In this document: positions 36,679 to 47,417 of the stretch, piece by piece
Numbering within the stretch: position 1 is the stretch's first letter
Layout: every line of letters starts with the position of its first letter
Assembly: GCA_043799385.1 (NCBI GenBank)
Contig: JAZDNV010000001.1
Coordinates: forward strand, 96,361 to 160,360
From: Candidatus Aenigmatarchaeota archaeon
Lineage (GTDB): Archaea; Aenigmatarchaeota; Aenigmatarchaeia; GW2011-AR5
Direction: 5' to 3'
Length of the DNA stretch: 64,000 nt
Notes under the pieces: generated by a model
Told to the model about the DNA's origin: nothing
Seen by the model: the letters and a program-made list of their open reading frames with translations, nothing else
The model's database searches: none
Program-made: the position numbers and the translations under genes

Positions 36679-37610
36679 TCTATGTTTAGCTTTATACCTT
36701 CGCTGAGCATGACCTTGGGTTCCCAGCCGAAAAGCTTATTGGCTTTTGAGTAATCACAACATAATCTTTGCACTTCAGCGGTCCTGTCTGGTATGTGTAT
36801 AATTTTTGATGAACTCCCTGTCATCTCAACAACCTTTTGTGCCAGTTCGTTTATGCTGGTTTCCTTTCCAGTACCAAAATTAACCGCCTCACCTATGGCT
36901 TTTTTATTTGTTCCCATCGTGATGAATGCGTTGACCATGTCGCTGACATACGTGAAATCGCGTGTCTGTTCGCCGTTGCCATGTATTGTCAAATCCTTCC
37001 CCTGCAACGCGAGGCTTATGAATTTTGGTATAACATCATACGTGTGCCTGGGCCCGTAAGTGTTGAAAGGTCTTATTATTGATATAGGCAGATGATAGGT
37101 GTTGCAATAGGAATATGCGTAGCGGTCTGCGGCAACTTTTGACGCTCCGTACGGATGAGCAGGGTTCATCGGATGATCCTCGTCTATTGGCACATACTTG
37201 GGCGTGCCGTATACTTCGCTGGACGATGTGCAGACTATCTGATCTGCGTTCAAATCCATTGCTGCGTGCAGGACGTTCAGCGTACCGACAAGATTCGTTT
37301 CCATCACATCCATCGGATGCTCGAACGAGTTCGGCACATATGCGTCTGCAGCCAGATGGAATATGATTTCAGGCTCAACCTTTTTTATTATACCGATTGA
37401 ATCGCGATTTGCTATGTTGCCAATTAAAACCTTTATCTTGCCAGCCAGGTGAGGTATGTTTCTCAGCTTGAACTGCGTTGGGTCAGACGGGCTATATACG
37501 AATATCGATACGTCACAACCGAGATCGACTAGCTTTTCTGTCAGATGCGAACCTATGAATCCGTCCGCTCCTGTCACTAGTACTCTTTTGTTTTGCATAT
37601 CGCCGACCAT
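36660..37610 (-). CDS. NAD-dependent nucleotide-sugar epimerase/dehydratase (SDR family)
   Basis: VLVTGADGFIGSHL glycine motif, YxxxK (YGASK) catalytic motif; 316 aa. Confidence 0.8.
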   Translation of the reverse strand: MVGDMQNKRVLVTGADGFIGSHLTEKLVDLGCDVSIFVYSPSDPTQFKLRNIPHLAGKIKVLIGNIANRDSIGIIKKVEPEIIFHLAADAYVPNSFEHPMDVMETNLVGTLNVLHAAMDLNADQIVCTSSSEVYGTPKYVPIDEDHPMNPAHPYGASKVAADRYAYSYCNTYHLPISIIRPFNTYGPRHTYDVIPKFISLALQGKDLTIHGNGEQTRDFTYVSDMVNAFITMGTNKKAIGEAVNFGTGKETSINELAQKVVEMTGSSSKIIHIPDRTAEVQRLCCDYSKANKLFGWEPKVMLSEGIKLNIEWVKKL

Positions 37611-37640
37611 ATCATCACTATTAGCAGTAGTTCAAAAAAC

Positions 37641-38219
37641 TTAAGAATCTTTAATGGCGTAAGCCCAGACAACGGTTTTGTAAAGTCCAACTGCATTCAG
37701 AATCTTTCTAGGAATCAAAAATTTTCTGTCAAACTCCTTAAGATAGAAATATACAGGCGTGTCGAAACATATTTTTTGAACTTTAAACCGCGACAGCAGC
37801 GATTTCAGCGATTTTTTCGAGAACGGTTTCTTATGAGTCTTGTCTGAGTAGAACTTGTACCCAACAGGTGTAATCGCTGAAACCCAGTGGGGCGTTTCTA
37901 CCACTAGTTTTCCATTCTTCTTCAAGACTCTATGAAACTCGTCTACCGCTTTTTTCGGTAAGTCCAAATGCTCGATGACGTGAAAGCAGAATACAGCATC
38001 GAAATAGCTGTTTTTGAAAGTTAGCTTCTCAACGTCGCATTTTTTGAATTTTACGAACGACGGCAATTTTGCAGATTTCTTGTCAATGCCATAAATATTC
38101 ACGTCATTCCTGATTTTTTTGATGAATTTCGAGATTATGCCTGAGCCACAACCAGCATCCAAAACCTTCGAATTTCTTGGCAATTCCGAAACGATTTTCT
38201 CAAGGTATCCTATGTTCAT
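37641..38219 (-). CDS. class I SAM-dependent methyltransferase
   Basis: Motif I VLDAGCGSGIIS; 192 aa. Confidence 0.65.
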   Translation of the reverse strand: MNIGYLEKIVSELPRNSKVLDAGCGSGIISKFIKKIRNDVNIYGIDKKSAKLPSFVKFKKCDVEKLTFKNSYFDAVFCFHVIEHLDLPKKAVDEFHRVLKKNGKLVVETPHWVSAITPVGYKFYSDKTHKKPFSKKSLKSLLSRFKVQKICFDTPVYFYLKEFDRKFLIPRKILNAVGLYKTVVWAYAIKDS

Positions 38220-38268
38220 AATTCTATTTTGAAATAAAGCTTTAATTTATTCCCAACTTACTATTTCC

Positions 38269-39189
38269 ATGATAGACGTGTTGGTTTTCACCTACAACAA
38301 CGAGGACATAATTGAACGCTGCCTAAAAAGCATAAAGAATCAAAGCTATAAAAAATTCTCCTGCATGGTCATAGACGATGCATCAACGGACGGCACGGTA
38401 GAATTAGTGAAAAAAAAGTATCCGTGGGTCAATGTATACAAAAAAGAAAAAAACACAGGCCCGACTGAAGGAAGGAATATCGGAATAGAAAAGACTAAAA
38501 ATAAGTATATAGCAATGCTCGATAGCGACGTTGAATTGAGCAAAGATTGGTTAAAGAATCAAGTCGCGCTCATAAAATCAGACAAAGACATAGGGATAGT
38601 TGGGTCAAAGCTGCTACTTCCAAACGGAAATATAAATTCAGCAGGCGGTTCTATAACGAGGCTTGGTTTTGGGTTTGACAAGACAACGGATTCAAAAAAA
38701 CAGGAGCAGGTCATTTACGTCTGCAGCGCCGCATGGATGATGAGGCGGTCGATAATAGAAAAGATAGGTTTTTTCGACGAGCGATTCTTTTATCCGCACG
38801 AGGATACCGACTACTGCTGGCGAGCATGCATCGCAGGGTTCAAGGTTGTATACAATCCTTTTACAGTTGCTTACCATCTCAGCGGAGGCACGATAAAAAA
38901 GATGAGCAAACGGGTTGCTTACAATGCTTCAAAGAACAGGATAAGGTCACTGTTAAAAAATTATGAACCAAAAAACATACTGAAATACATGCCGTTGCAT
39001 ATCGCATTAGTAATCTTGGACATACCATTGAAGAACAATCGAATTGCCAAAATTAAAGGGTTGCTATGGAATCTAACAAATATCATGGATACGATAAAAA
39101 GAAGAAAGGACGTGCAGAAAACAAGAAAGGTTAGCGATAAAGAATTGATGGTTTTGTTTTCCAAAAAATGGATAAATGAGAAGGTGTGA
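38269..39189 (+). CDS. GT2 glycosyltransferase
   Basis: VLVFTYNNEDII, VIDDASTDGT; DxD at MLDSDVE; 306 aa. Confidence 0.7.
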   Translation: MIDVLVFTYNNEDIIERCLKSIKNQSYKKFSCMVIDDASTDGTVELVKKKYPWVNVYKKEKNTGPTEGRNIGIEKTKNKYIAMLDSDVELSKDWLKNQVALIKSDKDIGIVGSKLLLPNGNINSAGGSITRLGFGFDKTTDSKKQEQVIYVCSAAWMMRRSIIEKIGFFDERFFYPHEDTDYCWRACIAGFKVVYNPFTVAYHLSGGTIKKMSKRVAYNASKNRIRSLLKNYEPKNILKYMPLHIALVILDIPLKNNRIAKIKGLLWNLTNIMDTIKRRKDVQKTRKVSDKELMVLFSKKWINEKV

Positions 39190-40610
39190 AGATGAGAGTT
39201 CTGGTAACGGATTTGCCGTGGAAGGGAAAGAAATACGCTGGCCGCGCCGGCATGCGATGGGCGCATACGTCTGACAAACAACCGGTAATAAGTTTCAGGC
39301 CATTCCCGTTTTATCTGGCGTGCACTTCCGCAGTGCTGGAAAGAGCTGGTCATGATGTATTGGTCGTAGATGCGCTGGCTGAAAATTTATCAGAGGATGA
39401 ATATTTCAAGCGCATCGCAGGGTTTTCTCCTGATTTCATAGTCGCAGAAATACATACGCCGTCATACAATAACGACCGAACTTACATGAAAAAATTAAAA
39501 GAACTCACCGGCGCGAAGATGATATTCGCAGGCCCGCAGCCGACGGCATTGCCAGAGCAGGTCCTGAAAGAGAATAAAGGAGTAGCAGACTTTGCCCTTG
39601 TTTCTGAGTATGAATTTCTGGCGTTGATGGCAGTAGAAGGCAAAGCAAAAAAAGGCATAGTCAAGTCAAAAAAGCTTGTTGATATCAATGACATACCGTG
39701 GCCAGCCAGGCACATGTTTAAGATGAATCTTTACAACGAGGTCTTCTGCAGGAACTATCCGAATATACAGATGATGGCTTCACGGGGCTGCCCGTTGCGT
39801 TGCAGCTACTGCAACATATTCACGATGAACAACTTCCAGAGGATTCATAGAAAACGAGACGTTGGTAACGTTGCGGATGAGATGCAGTTTTGTATTGATG
39901 AATACAAGCCGAAGGAGCTCTATCTGGATGACGATAATATTGATATATCGCCGCAATGGCTAAGCGACCTTCTCGATGAGAAAATAAAAAGAATCGGCGA
40001 CTTTCCATTCACCTGCATGGGTCATGTGAATGTAAAAGAAGAGCTCTTGGAGAAGATGAAAAAAGCCGGTTGTGTTGGCATAAAGCTTGGAATAGAATCT
40101 TCGAATAATTATGTATTGAAAAGGCTTGGCAAAGGCATGACAAACGAGATGGCTGTGCGTACAATAAAGAAGTGCAAGGAACTTGGCATAAAGACGCATC
40201 TCACGTTCTGCATAGGCCTGCCGGGTGACACAGAGCAGACGGTAAGTGATACGATAGATTTTGCAATGAAATATGGCGACAGCTTTCAGATAAGCACAGC
40301 CGCGCCGTTTCCAGCAACACCACTATGGGACGAGGCGGTGAAAAACAATTGGATAAAATTCAAATCCTGGGACAGTTTTGATGGCATGAAGGACGCGATA
40401 ATAAACTATCCGAACCTTTCAAATAAATGCCTGCAGAACATCGCAATGAATGCTCAGGCGATGAGTTACAGGAAGGCGGTGAAGAGCGGTGAATGGAAAA
40501 AATACGTTAAAATGATATTCCAGGAAAGAGGGATAACCGGAGTAACAAAGATGGCTTTCATCCGCGGGCCGGGTATGATCTACAATCTTTTGAAATCTAA
40601 ACGCCGATGA
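39186..40610 (+). CDS. cobalamin (B12)-binding radical SAM enzyme (class B rSAM) - paralog A
   Basis: N-terminal B12-binding Rossmann-like domain; radical SAM Cys triad CPLRCSYC; TIM-barrel rSAM core; ATGA overlap with the upstream GT2. Confidence 0.75.
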   Translation: MKMRVLVTDLPWKGKKYAGRAGMRWAHTSDKQPVISFRPFPFYLACTSAVLERAGHDVLVVDALAENLSEDEYFKRIAGFSPDFIVAEIHTPSYNNDRTYMKKLKELTGAKMIFAGPQPTALPEQVLKENKGVADFALVSEYEFLALMAVEGKAKKGIVKSKKLVDINDIPWPARHMFKMNLYNEVFCRNYPNIQMMASRGCPLRCSYCNIFTMNNFQRIHRKRDVGNVADEMQFCIDEYKPKELYLDDDNIDISPQWLSDLLDEKIKRIGDFPFTCMGHVNVKEELLEKMKKAGCVGIKLGIESSNNYVLKRLGKGMTNEMAVRTIKKCKELGIKTHLTFCIGLPGDTEQTVSDTIDFAMKYGDSFQISTAAPFPATPLWDEAVKNNWIKFKSWDSFDGMKDAIINYPNLSNKCLQNIAMNAQAMSYRKAVKSGEWKKYVKMIFQERGITGVTKMAFIRGPGMIYNLLKSKRR

Positions 40611-41730
40611 GCTTCTTCAGGAGCTTTAACTGATTATTTTTTGTGAACCGGTTTGCATGTTTTTTTGCGTTCAAAGATAACCTTGAATACGACTTTTTTT
40701 CATCAAGCTTTAGGATATTTTTAATCCACTCTTCTATGTCGAATATATCTCTTACTACAAGTCCACCATTGCCTATTGCTTCTGGTATGCCCCCGCGATT
40801 GCTGCCAACGCATGGTATGCCGCTCACTCCAGCTTCCAGCGCGACACGACCGAATGGTTCTGGCCATATTGATGGTACTAAAAGCATTTTTGTTTTGCCA
40901 TATACATCGCGCATATCACTAACATAAGAAATATAATCTACATTCTGATGTTTCTTGAATTTCGCTGCCCATTTCTTGTTTCCACCGACAACCAAGAATC
41001 TTTTATCTGGAAGCGAATCTACTATATCCAAGGCGATTGACGCGCCTTTGATTGTAGTCGGGTTTATGAATGTCGTATAACTGCCGGATTTTGTTTTGAA
41101 CATGTCAATATTTAAAATAGGGTAAAAAACCTTCGAGTCAAGTCCATAGAATCTCCTAAGCATCCCTGCCATGTACGTGCTGTTTGATAATATCATGTCA
41201 GCGTTCCCCAGAGATTTTTCCTGCCATGATATGTATTTTTTGATGAACGGATGCTGTAATTTATACTGTAACGGAGAGCAACTCAGGCATTTTCTGTCAC
41301 ATGAATCAGGGCTCACTGTCCTGAAAGAGAACGGGCAGAAATGGTCATAGTTGTGCAGGAATACAACTGATTTTATGCCAGATTTTTTCGCAACTTCTAT
41401 TGTTGATGGCGTGTATTCCAATTGGGTAAAAACTAAATCAGGTTTTATTTCTTTTACCTTTTTTTCAAGATGCCTCTTCCAGATGAGGTTTGCAGAGTAT
41501 TGCCTAATTATGCTACGGTTGAATATCGGGATATTCTTGAAGACAAAGCTTCTTGGCTTAGGTAGCAGGTTTAGCGATGATTTCTTCATCTGCCCTACGT
41601 ACAATACATATATTTCATGCTCATTGGATAACTCATTCATCAATTCCTCTAAAAAAACCTCAGCGCCGCCTATATGCGGGTAAAAGTTCTCTGCTGAAAA
41701 TAGTATCTTCATTTCACTCAGCCCTTTCAA
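40597..41730 (-). CDS. glycosyltransferase family 4
   Basis: GT4 C-terminal motif (PSIWPEPFGRVALEAGVSGIPCV); start may be the internal MKILFSAENF (41712). Confidence 0.7.
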   Translation of the reverse strand: MKGLSEMKILFSAENFYPHIGGAEVFLEELMNELSNEHEIYVLYVGQMKKSSLNLLPKPRSFVFKNIPIFNRSIIRQYSANLIWKRHLEKKVKEIKPDLVFTQLEYTPSTIEVAKKSGIKSVVFLHNYDHFCPFSFRTVSPDSCDRKCLSCSPLQYKLQHPFIKKYISWQEKSLGNADMILSNSTYMAGMLRRFYGLDSKVFYPILNIDMFKTKSGSYTTFINPTTIKGASIALDIVDSLPDKRFLVVGGNKKWAAKFKKHQNVDYISYVSDMRDVYGKTKMLLVPSIWPEPFGRVALEAGVSGIPCVGSNRGGIPEAIGNGGLVVRDIFDIEEWIKNILKLDEKKSYSRLSLNAKKHANRFTKNNQLKLLKKLIGV

Positions 41731-43123
41731 GTGTAAAAAATTTCAGGAATCTTAAACCACTTAAAGCTATTTTAGTCACCATAAGTGGATTGTTAAAGAA
41801 ACGCCTTAACCATAACTTCATCTCAAAATACCGAATTTTACTCCTCGCTTCGCTGAAAACCATTTTGAATTCTTCATAATCCACATCATCATCAAGAAGA
41901 ATCGGTTTTCCCAGATGATATTCGGATAGCGTACGCCAGTCCATATGGTTCGATACACGACCCCTCTTCAATGCTATGTCCCACATCTCCGTGCCAGGCA
42001 ACGGCGACATTATTGAAAGCCAGGCAATTTCAGCGTCCTGCTTTCTGAGGAAGTTTATGAATTCCACGGTTTTCCTCATGTCATCTATCGTTTCTGTCGG
42101 ACTTCCGATTATCAATGCCGCGCCTACGCGTATGCCATATTTTTTACAAAGAATCACAGACTTTTTGTTGTTGTCTAATGTTACCGATTCTCTTTTTAGA
42201 TACTTAATCATACGGTCGCTGCCTGACTCAAAGCCGAAGTTGAAGAATATCACACCCAATTCATTCGCGATTCTGCACAGTTCATCGTCAACTAAATTGG
42301 CACGAGCCATTGCATTGAATTTTATCTTTCCTAAAATCCCCCGTTTCTTCAGGTCATTTGCTAATTCCTTCAGTCTTTCCTTATTGACAAGAAACAGGTC
42401 ATCCCATATGGAGATGAACTCAACCTTATAATTCCTGTAAAGGTACTCGATTTCGTCTGCTACTCTCCTGACAGAATGCATTCGGTATTTTTTCCAGAAC
42501 AGGCTCGTGGAGCAGAATCGGCAGTGGTAAGGGCAGCCGCGACTTGTCATGATATTCGCCATTCTCACAGCTTTTCTTGTTTCCAGTATGCATTTGTTTT
42601 TGAATCTTTTGCTGAAAAAGCTGCGGTCTATTATCGGTATCCTGTCCAATGACATTATCATTTCCCTCGGCTTTGTTATGACGAGCTTGTTTTTATCGGA
42701 GAATACCAATCCATTTATTTTCTTCAGGTCACTTTTTTTGGTTTTATTGCTTCTGAATGCCTTCATCAGATCAAACATGGTTTCTTCACCTTCGCCTATG
42801 ACCCCGATATCAAAGACAGGATCGAATGATTCAGGCAGGGTAGATATGTGAACGCCACCGATAAGAATCACGACATCCTTGAATTCCTTTTTTATGTTCT
42901 TTGCAAGTTCGCATGCCTTTCCATAATACATGGTCATCGCTGATAAACCGATTATGTTAGGTTTCTCTTTTCTGAGTTCATCTATGATATTCTCATATTT
43001 TGCATCTATTATTACAGTATTGTCGAAGTTTCCATACTCTTTAAGATACGTTGCTATTGAGCCTAGACCTATAGGCGGGTCTGCACCGCTGCTTCTGTAC
43101 ATAGGAACAAGTGCTAACTTCAT
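41714..43123 (-). CDS. cobalamin-binding radical SAM enzyme - paralog B
   Basis: B12-binding N-domain (IIGLSAMT...VILIGGVHIS), CPYHCRFCS radical SAM motif; 469 aa. Confidence 0.75.
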   Translation of the reverse strand: MKLALVPMYRSSGADPPIGLGSIATYLKEYGNFDNTVIIDAKYENIIDELRKEKPNIIGLSAMTMYYGKACELAKNIKKEFKDVVILIGGVHISTLPESFDPVFDIGVIGEGEETMFDLMKAFRSNKTKKSDLKKINGLVFSDKNKLVITKPREMIMSLDRIPIIDRSFFSKRFKNKCILETRKAVRMANIMTSRGCPYHCRFCSTSLFWKKYRMHSVRRVADEIEYLYRNYKVEFISIWDDLFLVNKERLKELANDLKKRGILGKIKFNAMARANLVDDELCRIANELGVIFFNFGFESGSDRMIKYLKRESVTLDNNKKSVILCKKYGIRVGAALIIGSPTETIDDMRKTVEFINFLRKQDAEIAWLSIMSPLPGTEMWDIALKRGRVSNHMDWRTLSEYHLGKPILLDDDVDYEEFKMVFSEARSKIRYFEMKLWLRRFFNNPLMVTKIALSGLRFLKFFTLERAE

Positions 43124-43755
43124 TTTCTCGCCCTCACAATCAGGCCAGCTGCTATTGTAGGAAACCTTGTTGCCACTCCGGAAACAAATTTATAAAATAC
43201 TGATTTATCGTCCTCGCCCAACCATGGCAGTATGTAAAGATAGCTGCCTGCGATGACATCTACCTTGAACTTATTTTTCTTTAGTAAAAATCTCAAATCA
43301 CCAGATGAAAATATATGGACGTGGCCTAGATTCTCCAAAGATGATATATATGTTGGCGTCTGGCCGAAAAACAATAACCTTAATCTCGTGTTTATTGACG
43401 CAACGTTTGGTGTCGTGAACACAAAATAACCGCCTTTCTTCAATATGCGGTGGCACTCACTCAGGAAAAAATTCACGTCAGCTATATGCTCAATTACGTC
43501 ACGTGCAAACAGTATATCAAAGTAATTACTTTTGTATGGAAAACCTTTTGTTATATCATGCTGCCTGACTTTCAATCCATTTTTCTTCGCGATTTTTACA
43601 GAATCTGAGATATCGACTCCGTAATAGTCTGCCTCTGGAAAAAACTTGGCCCAGCGGCCGACATGGCATCCGATATCAAGAACCTTCTTTCCTTTACTCA
43701 CCGGCAAGAACTCTTTGATTTTCTTGGCATGCGTCGGAACGAATGTTATTTTCAT
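43120..43755 (-). CDS. class I SAM-dependent methyltransferase
   Basis: VLDIGCHVGRW motif I, 211 aa; 4-nt overlap with downstream rSAM B. Confidence 0.65.
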   Translation of the reverse strand: MKITFVPTHAKKIKEFLPVSKGKKVLDIGCHVGRWAKFFPEADYYGVDISDSVKIAKKNGLKVRQHDITKGFPYKSNYFDILFARDVIEHIADVNFFLSECHRILKKGGYFVFTTPNVASINTRLRLLFFGQTPTYISSLENLGHVHIFSSGDLRFLLKKNKFKVDVIAGSYLYILPWLGEDDKSVFYKFVSGVATRFPTIAAGLIVRARK

Positions 43756-45602
43756 TTCAACACCTGTTCTACAAGTTTTGCAAACCTTTCGGCTGATTTT
43801 CCATCAGTTTTGTATATACTCTTAGTTATTAAGCGCCTTCTCGCCGATTCCAGCCTTTTTCGCAATGCTTTATTGTTTATAATATTTTTAATCGATGGCG
43901 CTATGTCTTTTTCCATGTAAGCGCCGACGGCTGCTCCGCTTGAAACGAACGGAAATTTATCAGGCTGACCAGATAGATTCACTATCAGAACTGGCTTATC
44001 GAATAGCATGGCTTCAAGCGCAGTCGTCGAATAATAAGTAATCGCTAAACCGCACGAATTGAACAATTCATATAAGTCAACGCACTTGACAATTATAGGC
44101 TTGATGTCATATTCGTTTGCGATTTTTTTATGCAACTCGTCATTTTCATCCGGATGCAATTTTACAATAAGCTGTAGATCTGGAAATTCTTCAATCGCTT
44201 TGAAAACCCCATGCAACAACGCCTCGTTCTCCTCCTTTGATACAGGTTGAGTTGTCAGGACGACTATAGTCTTGTCTTTCGGAATGCCGAACTTTTCATA
44301 CACGCTGTTCTTGTTGTAATACATTTTCTTTAGGAATAGTTCATCGTATCTCGGGTCGCCGGTAATCTCTATTCTTTTTCTTTCAACACCGCGTCTTGCC
44401 CAGAAATCCTTTGTCATCTGCCCAAAGGCAGCTATTTTGCTAGCATAAACATTTCCGTCTTTCGGATAACCAACATCTATTACACCGTGGTCTGAAAGAA
44501 GTACAGGAATATGCCTGCTTGATACCATATCATACAGTTTTGCCCACCTGCCGATCTCATCATAATTTATCAGAAGATCTGGTTTTCCCTCTTCGATGAA
44601 ATTCTTTAGCGCTTCGATATGCTTTACCAGTTCTGGAAAATCATGCTTTAGATAGAATTCGAACAGCAATATAGATGAGTCATACAAGTCTGTATTTTTG
44701 TACGATAACATATTTCTGAATTTTTCATCCTTTTTTAATTCAGACAGCGACTCCTTGAATGCGCTCTCCATGATTTTTGTTTTTGCAGCGACATCTTTTG
44801 TAATATAACTTGATACATGCTCTGTACGGCCTATGGACGATTTTGATTCGTCTATGCTGAGAAATACAACATCATTCTTTATCTTGTTTATCCACGGCGT
44901 TATCACAGCGAACCTGAAGTTTGAGCTTATTGGAATTACAATCAGCTTTCCGACTTTATCGAAATGCAACCTCTTACACGGCTTTAGTCGTTTTGTTCCC
45001 CAAGGTTGGACAAATCGCATTGCAAATGGAATCAGCATACGTCTGATTTTGTTAAACCAAGAGGCCTTTCCCGTTACCATGGCACCTCTAGACTTTGCTA
45101 TACTATAGGTTATGCTTCCCATCTGGCTGCCTGTGTCGAATATGTGAATATGTTCAGGCTTTTCTCTGTTTATTATCTTTTCAGCAAGCGATATGTCTGA
45201 AAATATCCTTGAGAAGTAGTTCCAGGAATCAGCTCGAACGATTTCCCATAGCGAACAACCGTCGTGTGTCACAGCATTCTTGAATTTATCATATTTTTCA
45301 ATGTTGATGATGAATTTCATCGCATCTTCTTCAGCGATCTTGTAGAAATCAGCGGATATGTAGTCATTATGATTTCTGCACGCTATCCCAGCTCTGTCCA
45401 ATTTTTCATTTGTTTCATGATCTAACGCGACTATCACAAGTTCTTTTTTCTTGGACAGTTTTTTGATGGTCGGTATTACTTTTAGGTTGAATGTCAAGTA
45501 AGAGTGCAAACCCGCAATGGAGTTGTAAATGCTTGAAACAAATTTTATTGTTGTCGGGATTCTTCCCCTTCTGGAATCTAAGATTATAAGCGTCTTTTCC
45601 AT
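43752..45602 (-). CDS. large GT-B-like transferase, CDP-glycerol glycerophosphotransferase (TagB/TagF) or capsule-synthesis family-like
   Basis: 616 aa; C-terminal region LQLIVKLHPDEND...ITYYSTTALEAM resembles the KxHP region of TagF/Glyphos_transf-type enzymes; family assignment tentative. Confidence 0.4.
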   Translation of the reverse strand: MEKTLIILDSRRGRIPTTIKFVSSIYNSIAGLHSYLTFNLKVIPTIKKLSKKKELVIVALDHETNEKLDRAGIACRNHNDYISADFYKIAEEDAMKFIINIEKYDKFKNAVTHDGCSLWEIVRADSWNYFSRIFSDISLAEKIINREKPEHIHIFDTGSQMGSITYSIAKSRGAMVTGKASWFNKIRRMLIPFAMRFVQPWGTKRLKPCKRLHFDKVGKLIVIPISSNFRFAVITPWINKIKNDVVFLSIDESKSSIGRTEHVSSYITKDVAAKTKIMESAFKESLSELKKDEKFRNMLSYKNTDLYDSSILLFEFYLKHDFPELVKHIEALKNFIEEGKPDLLINYDEIGRWAKLYDMVSSRHIPVLLSDHGVIDVGYPKDGNVYASKIAAFGQMTKDFWARRGVERKRIEITGDPRYDELFLKKMYYNKNSVYEKFGIPKDKTIVVLTTQPVSKEENEALLHGVFKAIEEFPDLQLIVKLHPDENDELHKKIANEYDIKPIIVKCVDLYELFNSCGLAITYYSTTALEAMLFDKPVLIVNLSGQPDKFPFVSSGAAVGAYMEKDIAPSIKNIINNKALRKRLESARRRLITKSIYKTDGKSAERFAKLVEQVLK

Positions 45603-45624
45603 CGAATCACTTTATTTAAAAGAA

Positions 45625-46659
45625 TTAAATTATTTTCTCTTTATATAAGAACTCTCTTATCTCGTTCTTTGTCATCGGTTTTGCATCCCTGGAGCAGTAT
45701 CCGCCTTTTACAGGTTTGCCGCTGTACTTCACATCCTTTTTGAAATGTTCAAGGTGCGGCGTATATATGTGCGGCAATATTATGAACATATCATCGGTTT
45801 CCAATGCATTACTGGCTTCTTCAGCAGTCATCAACTCTTCATGGATCTTCTCGCCGTTTCTCATTCCAACGGTTTCGACCTTTATTTTTTCGGGTTTGAA
45901 GCCGTATTTTGGCGCAAGCTCCTCTATCATCACTTCGGCTAAGTCAACGACCCTGAGAACAGGCATCTTAAGTATGAATATCTCACCCTCCTTCATCTCT
46001 GCACATGCTTTTAGTATCAGCTTAACAGCCTGATTGATAGACATAACAAATCGTGTCATCCCAGAATCTGTTATTGTCACGGGACCGCCCTTTGCAATCT
46101 GCTCCCTGAACAGCGGTATAACAGAACCGCTGGAGCCTAAGACGTTGCCGAAACGGACGCATGCGAACTTCGTTTCCCTCCACTTGTAATAATAAGTAGC
46201 CAGAACAAGCCTTTCAGACAGGAGCTTTGTTGCTCCCAAGGTGCTGACAGGATTAACAGCTTTGTCAGTGCTTATCGCCAAGAAGCGGTCAACGTCTTCT
46301 TCCAACGCCGCTTCGATGAGATTCTGCGTTCCTGCAACGTTTGTTTTGAACGCTTCGAATGGGTTGTATTCGCATAAAGGTATATGCTTCAGCGCTGCTG
46401 CATGAAATATTATGTCAATTCCCTTGACAGCCATTTTTAATCTGCTAATGTCGCGAACATCGCCCAGAAGGAACCGTAGGTTATGGTTATTCTTCAATTC
46501 CCTATAGACTTCAACCTGCTTGGCTTCGTTTCGGCTAAAAATCCTTATCTGTGCTGGCTTGTATTTCAAAAGTTCTTTGACTATTTCCAGGCCTATCGAG
46601 CCAGTACCGCCTGTCACGAGAATCTTTTTACCTTCAAAGAAATTTTTCATAGATATCAT
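45625..46659 (-). CDS. UDP-N-acetylglucosamine 4,6-dehydratase (PseB/FlaA1/CapD-like polysaccharide biosynthesis protein)
   Basis: KKILVTGGTGSIG, IRIFSRNEAKQ, HAAALKHIPLCEYNPFEAFKTNVAGT - canonical CapD/PseB/PglF signatures; 344 aa. Confidence 0.8.
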   Translation of the reverse strand: MISMKNFFEGKKILVTGGTGSIGLEIVKELLKYKPAQIRIFSRNEAKQVEVYRELKNNHNLRFLLGDVRDISRLKMAVKGIDIIFHAAALKHIPLCEYNPFEAFKTNVAGTQNLIEAALEEDVDRFLAISTDKAVNPVSTLGATKLLSERLVLATYYYKWRETKFACVRFGNVLGSSGSVIPLFREQIAKGGPVTITDSGMTRFVMSINQAVKLILKACAEMKEGEIFILKMPVLRVVDLAEVMIEELAPKYGFKPEKIKVETVGMRNGEKIHEELMTAEEASNALETDDMFIILPHIYTPHLEHFKKDVKYSGKPVKGGYCSRDAKPMTKNEIREFLYKEKII

Positions 46660-46674
46660 CTTTATGAAATCCTT

Positions 46675-47379
46675 TTAAACATTATTTTGTTTATTTTTCA
46701 AAACCGATTCTATGAATTCAAAATCCAATGCCGTATCTATATCCAGCGAGCTCGTGTGGTCCATTATGATAGCGCTGCAGTCTTTGGTTATAAGAACCCT
46801 CCTTTTCAGCAAAGCACTGGTCTTCGTTATATAAACTGCGCCGTTTGGCTGGTAAACTTTTGGCAGTTGCTGGCGCTCAAGGCAGAAATAATCTGTTTTC
46901 GATTTAACGAATGGATACAATCGTTTATTCTTGTATTCGACCAGCCAGAAAGGCGGGAATTCCGCTTCCTTAACGCTCATCAGCGACTCGGATTTAGTCT
47001 TTAGTATCGTTTTTATTCCAAGCGAGATGTGTTCTGCCTTTCTCAAAGGCGAGGTAGGCTGCAGCGTAACTACGTAATCTGGATAATACCCGTTTTTTTC
47101 CAGCTGTTTTACTGCATGTATTATCACAGGCGGCGTGTGCGTCGTATCTTTTGCCAGATGAGACGGTCGCATGAACGGAACTTCTGCGCCATAGCTTTTT
47201 GATACTTCTGCAATCTCCCTGCTGTCTGTAGTGACTATAACGCGGTCAAGCTCTTTGCACTTCAAAGCGCCTTCTATCGAATAGGCTATCAACGGTTTGC
47301 CGTTTAATGGTCTGATATTCTTGCCCGGTAGCCCTTTCGACCCGCCGCGTGCAAGAATCACGCCGAGAAATTTCTTCAT
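46675..47379 (-). CDS. CMP-sugar synthetase (acylneuraminate/pseudaminate cytidylyltransferase family)
   Basis: ILARGGSKGLPGKNIRPLNGKPLIAY matches the NeuA/PseF/LegF P-loop-like signature; 234 aa. Confidence 0.7.
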   Translation of the reverse strand: MKKFLGVILARGGSKGLPGKNIRPLNGKPLIAYSIEGALKCKELDRVIVTTDSREIAEVSKSYGAEVPFMRPSHLAKDTTHTPPVIIHAVKQLEKNGYYPDYVVTLQPTSPLRKAEHISLGIKTILKTKSESLMSVKEAEFPPFWLVEYKNKRLYPFVKSKTDYFCLERQQLPKVYQPNGAVYITKTSALLKRRVLITKDCSAIIMDHTSSLDIDTALDFEFIESVLKNKQNNV

Positions 47380-47417
47380 AATTATCGATTACGGGCTAAG
47401 CTTAAAAATCTATAGAA

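Noticed and set aside
43752-45602. Considered calling the 616-aa protein a nonulosonic-acid (sialyl/pseudaminyl) transferase because of the adjacent CMP-sugar synthetase
   Set aside because: Only a weak TagF/capsule-synthesis-like C-terminal similarity is visible. No Maf/DUF115 or sialyltransferase motifs recognisable by eye. Left as a tentative GT-B-like transferase.
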